Part shown: positions 60,265 to 64,000 of the stretch, piece by piece | How positions within the stretch are numbered: position 1 is the first letter of the stretch | How the letters are laid out: every line of letters begins with the position of its first letter | DNA from: Nitrosopumilus sp. | GTDB taxonomy: Archaea > Thermoproteota > Nitrososphaeria > Nitrososphaerales > Nitrosopumilaceae | Assembly (NCBI GenBank): GCA_965223425.1 | Contig: OZ245003.1 | Span: 64,001 to 128,000, forward strand | Reading direction: 5' to 3' | Length of the DNA stretch: 64,000 bases | Translations under genes and position numbers: made by a program | Notes under the pieces: model-generated | Database searches by the model: none | Told to the model about the DNA's origin: nothing | The model's input: only the letters and a program-made list of their open reading frames with translations

Positions 60265-61000
60265 AAAATTTACTAAAGAACCATACTCAGAAATCCTTGG
60301 ATATCCAAAAGCTACTACTCGCCAAATAAAATCACGAATTAACGAATTAGAAAAATTGAAGATCAAGTCAATTTCACTAACAGGTTCTACTACGATTGGA
60401 AAGCTGGTAATTTTAGGAAAAGGATACGTTGGAGTTGTAGTTTTAGCAAAAAAAGGTAGCAAGCAAGTTGCATTAAAAATTAGAAGAACAGATTCGCAAA
60501 GAAAAGAAATGAAAAATGAAGCAACTTTGTTAAAATTGGTAAATTCAGTTAATGTTGGACCAAAGATGTTTCTTGCCAGTAAAAATTTTCTAGTTATGGA
60601 ATACATTGAAGGAGAAAAAATCATGGATTGGATACATGTGTTGAAAGGAACAGGTAGTGCTAAAAAATTAAAATCTACAATTAAAAGCATCTTAGAAGAT
60701 TGTTATAGATTAGACCAAATTGGATTTGATCACGGTGAGTTGAGCAATATTTCAAAGCATGTCATTGTAGGAAAAACAAAATCCACTATAATTGATTTTG
60801 AAAGCTCTAGTACTAAGAGAAGGCCATCAAATGTAACATCAGTTACTCAAGCAATTTTTATTGGATCAGGTATTGCAAAAAAAGTTCAGAAAATTTACAA
60901 AAATCCATCTAAGAAGAAGATCATAGGTGCATTAAAACAGTACAAACAAGAAAAAACACAAGAAAATTTTGATAATCTATTGAGGATCCTAAAAATATAG
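60239..61000 (+). CDS. RIO-like Ser/Thr protein kinase
   Basis: LGKGYVG, VALK, HGELS, IIDFE. Confidence 0.88.
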   Translation: MVHSFISIKKFTKEPYSEILGYPKATTRQIKSRINELEKLKIKSISLTGSTTIGKLVILGKGYVGVVVLAKKGSKQVALKIRRTDSQRKEMKNEATLLKLVNSVNVGPKMFLASKNFLVMEYIEGEKIMDWIHVLKGTGSAKKLKSTIKSILEDCYRLDQIGFDHGELSNISKHVIVGKTKSTIIDFESSSTKRRPSNVTSVTQAIFIGSGIAKKVQKIYKNPSKKKIIGALKQYKQEKTQENFDNLLRILKI

Positions 61001-61191
61001 TGGAACCGGTAGGATTTTGTATTATATGAAAATTGGTTCTGTAACAAATTGGGGACATGAATGTGATTCGTGGTTCCGGTAAATTCCAACAATCTGATCA
61101 CCAAAATCTTCCGGAACCGCAAAGTTCAATGCGCCTGTTGCCGCAACCTTGCATTGAGATCATCATCTTTATATGAAATTTTTATATTAAA

Positions 61192-62118
61192 ATGGGAATG
61201 GTGGACAGTTATATTATTCCGATATTAGTTGGACTGGCAGTGTTGGCTGTCGCATTTGTGGCATTTGGGAATGGCAACGAGTCCCAGAAAGTGATGACTG
61301 TCAGCAGTGATGGCGAGTACTGCAAAGTGTCCGGTTCCAGCTATGACTACTACACTTATGGCTGGTGGAAAAGAACGCACACTGTTGCAGTAATGCCGCC
61401 TCCACCATATGCCGATTCAAGTATTGCCCTTGATTCTGTGGAGATGGCAATCAAGTCATGGGAAGACATCAATCCCGAACTGGACTTTGAAATTGTTGAC
61501 GGTGAGGCAGACGTGAGAATAGAGTGGGAGAGTTCGCTGGGTTCAGACAGGATAGGTGAATATAAACCCCCATCTGGATTTGGATGTGAATGTACCGGGA
61601 ATAATTACGAATGCGTTCTGCCAACATCAACAATCCGTGTGGAGCTGGGCAATACTGACTGCAGGGGCCGATACAGTCTTTATTCAGAAGATACTTTGAC
61701 GGACACGGTAGCGCATGAAATGGGACACTATAACGGCCTTAATCACACCGATAATCCAGATCACCTGATGTTCGGAGATTCTGATCCTGATTATCCGGCC
61801 GTTCCGCACGACATGTTTGAGACGCTCGGTCTGTCGATTCCTGCACAAATAGCCGGTGCGACTTATTTTTTGGACCAGGAAGGGATCCAGCATGAGATGG
61901 ACAGGCTCGACACAAAGCTGGATGATCTTAACTCAGAGTACGACAAACTTTTGGCAAAATATGAAGTGTATCCTGATGTGATATCAGACGATAGAAAATA
62001 TGCCGAGGCGATGCAGATCTATGCCGACATTGAGGATCTCGGCGGCCGAATCAATGTATTGGGGGACAAATACAACCGGTATGTGGATGAGTACAACTGC
62101 TTTTCAGAACACAGGTAG
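61192..62118 (+). CDS. Matrixin-family (metzincin) metalloprotease, membrane anchored
   Basis: HEMGHYNGLNH plus Met-turn LM; N-terminal TM helix; C-terminal coiled coil. Confidence 0.9.
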   Translation: MGMVDSYIIPILVGLAVLAVAFVAFGNGNESQKVMTVSSDGEYCKVSGSSYDYYTYGWWKRTHTVAVMPPPPYADSSIALDSVEMAIKSWEDINPELDFEIVDGEADVRIEWESSLGSDRIGEYKPPSGFGCECTGNNYECVLPTSTIRVELGNTDCRGRYSLYSEDTLTDTVAHEMGHYNGLNHTDNPDHLMFGDSDPDYPAVPHDMFETLGLSIPAQIAGATYFLDQEGIQHEMDRLDTKLDDLNSEYDKLLAKYEVYPDVISDDRKYAEAMQIYADIEDLGGRINVLGDKYNRYVDEYNCFSEHR

Positions 62119-62844
62119 GCCTCGGTCTTTGAACCTGCCCACAGGCTCTTGCATGTGCAACAGATGATGACCCGCATGACAAAAAATCCCGTTCGGCTAA
62201 ACAAGTTAAGGCCTAGCGGAGAATGACGTTTTTTGTAGATGCGTCAAAGTTTCCAAGTCTGTCTGATGCCTCAAACTTTACAATTACGGCATCGCCGCCT
62301 GACGGCGGCTCATCGCCAAGACAGCCGTATCCGAGAAATCCGGTGCCGTAGTCAACATACTAAATAATCGCTCAGCTTGACGGGAAATATCACGTTCTTC
62401 CTGATCATCTTGCGGATTGACTTTACCATCTCGCGCGTGTTGTCGTATACCCTGTTGCCGATCGCGTCCCTCATCACGTTCCACTGCGGCTCCTCCGAGT
62501 TCAGTTCCGGCGTGTGCGGCAGATAGTACCTCAGCTTCACCTCCCCGTTGAACTCCATGAGCCCGTCCCGCACGGCAGCCGACCTGTGCCACGACGCGTT
62601 GTCCACGAACACAAGCACCGGCCCGAACCTGCGGTGCAGGTGCCTCAGGAATGCGAGGAACGCTTCGCTGTTCTGCGCGTCACAGAATCTGAAGCAGAGC
62701 TCGCCGTCGCCCAGCGCGCCGAACACATGCTTCTTCTTTCTGGAGAGCGTGACTGGCGCCGTCCTCTTTGTGCCGCGGAGCTGCCACCCGTATCGGGGCC
62801 TCCTGTCCCCTATCGTCAGGGTGCATTCGTCGGCAGTCAGGACG

Positions 62845-63976
62845 TAGTGAATTGGATTAACAATCGCTCACAAAACAGACAACATTATTCAACCACAAGA
62901 TCTAGATCCCAGTGTATGGCAGAATCCGCATGAAATACAACAATTCTGCAATACCGGCAGACAGAAGGTTCCTGTCCGGCGTCTCCAGTGCGCGCCTGCG
63001 CAGCATGCAAAAAAAGGAGACAGATCCCAGGGCCGCAGCAAGGCTGCTGGCATATGCCATGCGCAAGGAGGGCATGTCCATACGCCAGATATGCAGGGCC
63101 CTCAACAGGTCATACTCTACAGTACGGGGCTGGCTTGTGCGCGCCGCACAGCTTGGCACCTGCGGCAGGTACGACATCAAAAACAAAGGCGCGCCAAACA
63201 AGCTCGATCCGGAACAGACAAAGCAGCTGCGCGCAGACCTGCTGGCAGGCCCGCGCAGTTGCGGCTTTGAGTCCGGAGTGTGGACGGCACCGCTGCTGGC
63301 CGCACACATCAGAAAAAAGTTCGGCGTGCAGTATGCCACTGTCAGCATATATGACATACTGCACAGGATGGGCTTTTCGTGCAGAAAGCCGCGTCCAAAG
63401 CACCCAAAATCAGCCTCAGAATCAGAGAAAAAAGAGTTTAAAAAAAAAGCAGGGGAGATAATCCAGAGTCATCCAGACCATACGGTGATTACAGTTGATG
63501 AGGCCTCCTTTATCATTGGGTGGAATACCAAGAACGGGTGGTACCTCAAGGGCAAGCCCGTCACCACTCCAGTCAGCCTGTCGCGCAAAAGGTTCTACTC
63601 GTTTGGGGCGCTGTACGACGGCGGCTTTGACTGCAGGTTCTATGCCAAGGCCAACAGCTACAGCTTTGTGGACATGCTCGGACACCTGCATCTCAAGCAC
63701 GGCAAGATCATCGTCTTTCTTGATAACGCATCATACCACAAGTCAAAGATGGTCAATGATTTTGTCGACTCGTATGACGGCGACATAGTCCTTGTTTACT
63801 TGCCCGTGTACACCCCGGAGCTGAATACCACGGAGGGGCAGTGGAGGCTGTTAAGAAGGGCCACTGCAAACGTGATGTATGAAAGCACAAAGGTGATGAA
63901 GGAATCCATATGGACAATGCTGGATAGACGTGAGGTCAAGATAACAAGAATGAGCGGTTATTTATCCTAGTCACTA
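62845..63976 (+). mobile_element. IS630 element (CG target), intact
   Basis: Ends TAGTGA...TCACTA flanked by CG. Confidence 0.93.
62912..63970 (+). CDS. IS630 transposase, single ORF
   Basis: TVDEASF, FLDNASYH, YTPELNTTE. Confidence 0.93.
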   Translation: MYGRIRMKYNNSAIPADRRFLSGVSSARLRSMQKKETDPRAAARLLAYAMRKEGMSIRQICRALNRSYSTVRGWLVRAAQLGTCGRYDIKNKGAPNKLDPEQTKQLRADLLAGPRSCGFESGVWTAPLLAAHIRKKFGVQYATVSIYDILHRMGFSCRKPRPKHPKSASESEKKEFKKKAGEIIQSHPDHTVITVDEASFIIGWNTKNGWYLKGKPVTTPVSLSRKRFYSFGALYDGGFDCRFYAKANSYSFVDMLGHLHLKHGKIIVFLDNASYHKSKMVNDFVDSYDGDIVLVYLPVYTPELNTTEGQWRLLRRATANVMYESTKVMKESIWTMLDRREVKITRMSGYLS

Positions 63977-64000
63977 CGGTATAGCCCAGCCTGCGGTACC

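Larger units (their letters stand above)
62349..64000 (-). mobile_element. GC-rich IS630 element interrupted by another IS630, extending beyond the window
   Basis: FVDNASWH, HTPELNSEE; frame LGYT|VLTADE is restored on removing 62845-63978. Confidence 0.88.

Overview
AT-rich archaeal chromosome segment. Gene content and order point to a Nitrosopumilus-like ammonia-oxidising thaumarchaeote: rpoL-TFS-PCNA-aspartokinase, tyrS, cbiH, bluB, MtrA homolog, PEFG-CTERM protein, glnA, prs-trm11-rnz-cobB and thpR-cca-RIO kinase. Core blocks are interrupted by accessory regions (~0.4-8.7, 24.4-34.2, 35.8-37.5, 40.4-46.4 and 61-64 kb). These are packed with GC-richer, often nested IS elements (IS630, IS5, IS66, ISH3/IS4, IS110 remnant) and ~100-bp MITEs, which suggests a host-associated lineage (inference). 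Most notable findings: (1) a six-gene candidate restriction-modification system with an AbrB-like regulator and two SPPY methyltransferases facing a winged-helix protein and two paralogous ferredoxin-fused PD-(D/E)xK proteins, one apparently catalytically dead; (2) an exact 36-bp repeat/36-bp unique/36-bp repeat insertion inside an IS5 transposase, resembling an off-target CRISPR spacer integration; (3) IS630 elements that duplicate CG rather than TA; (4) an archaeal DprA-PRTase (ShosTA-like) pair; (5) a tRNA-Arg(CCT) with a D-loop BHB intron. All calls were made by eye, with no database searches.
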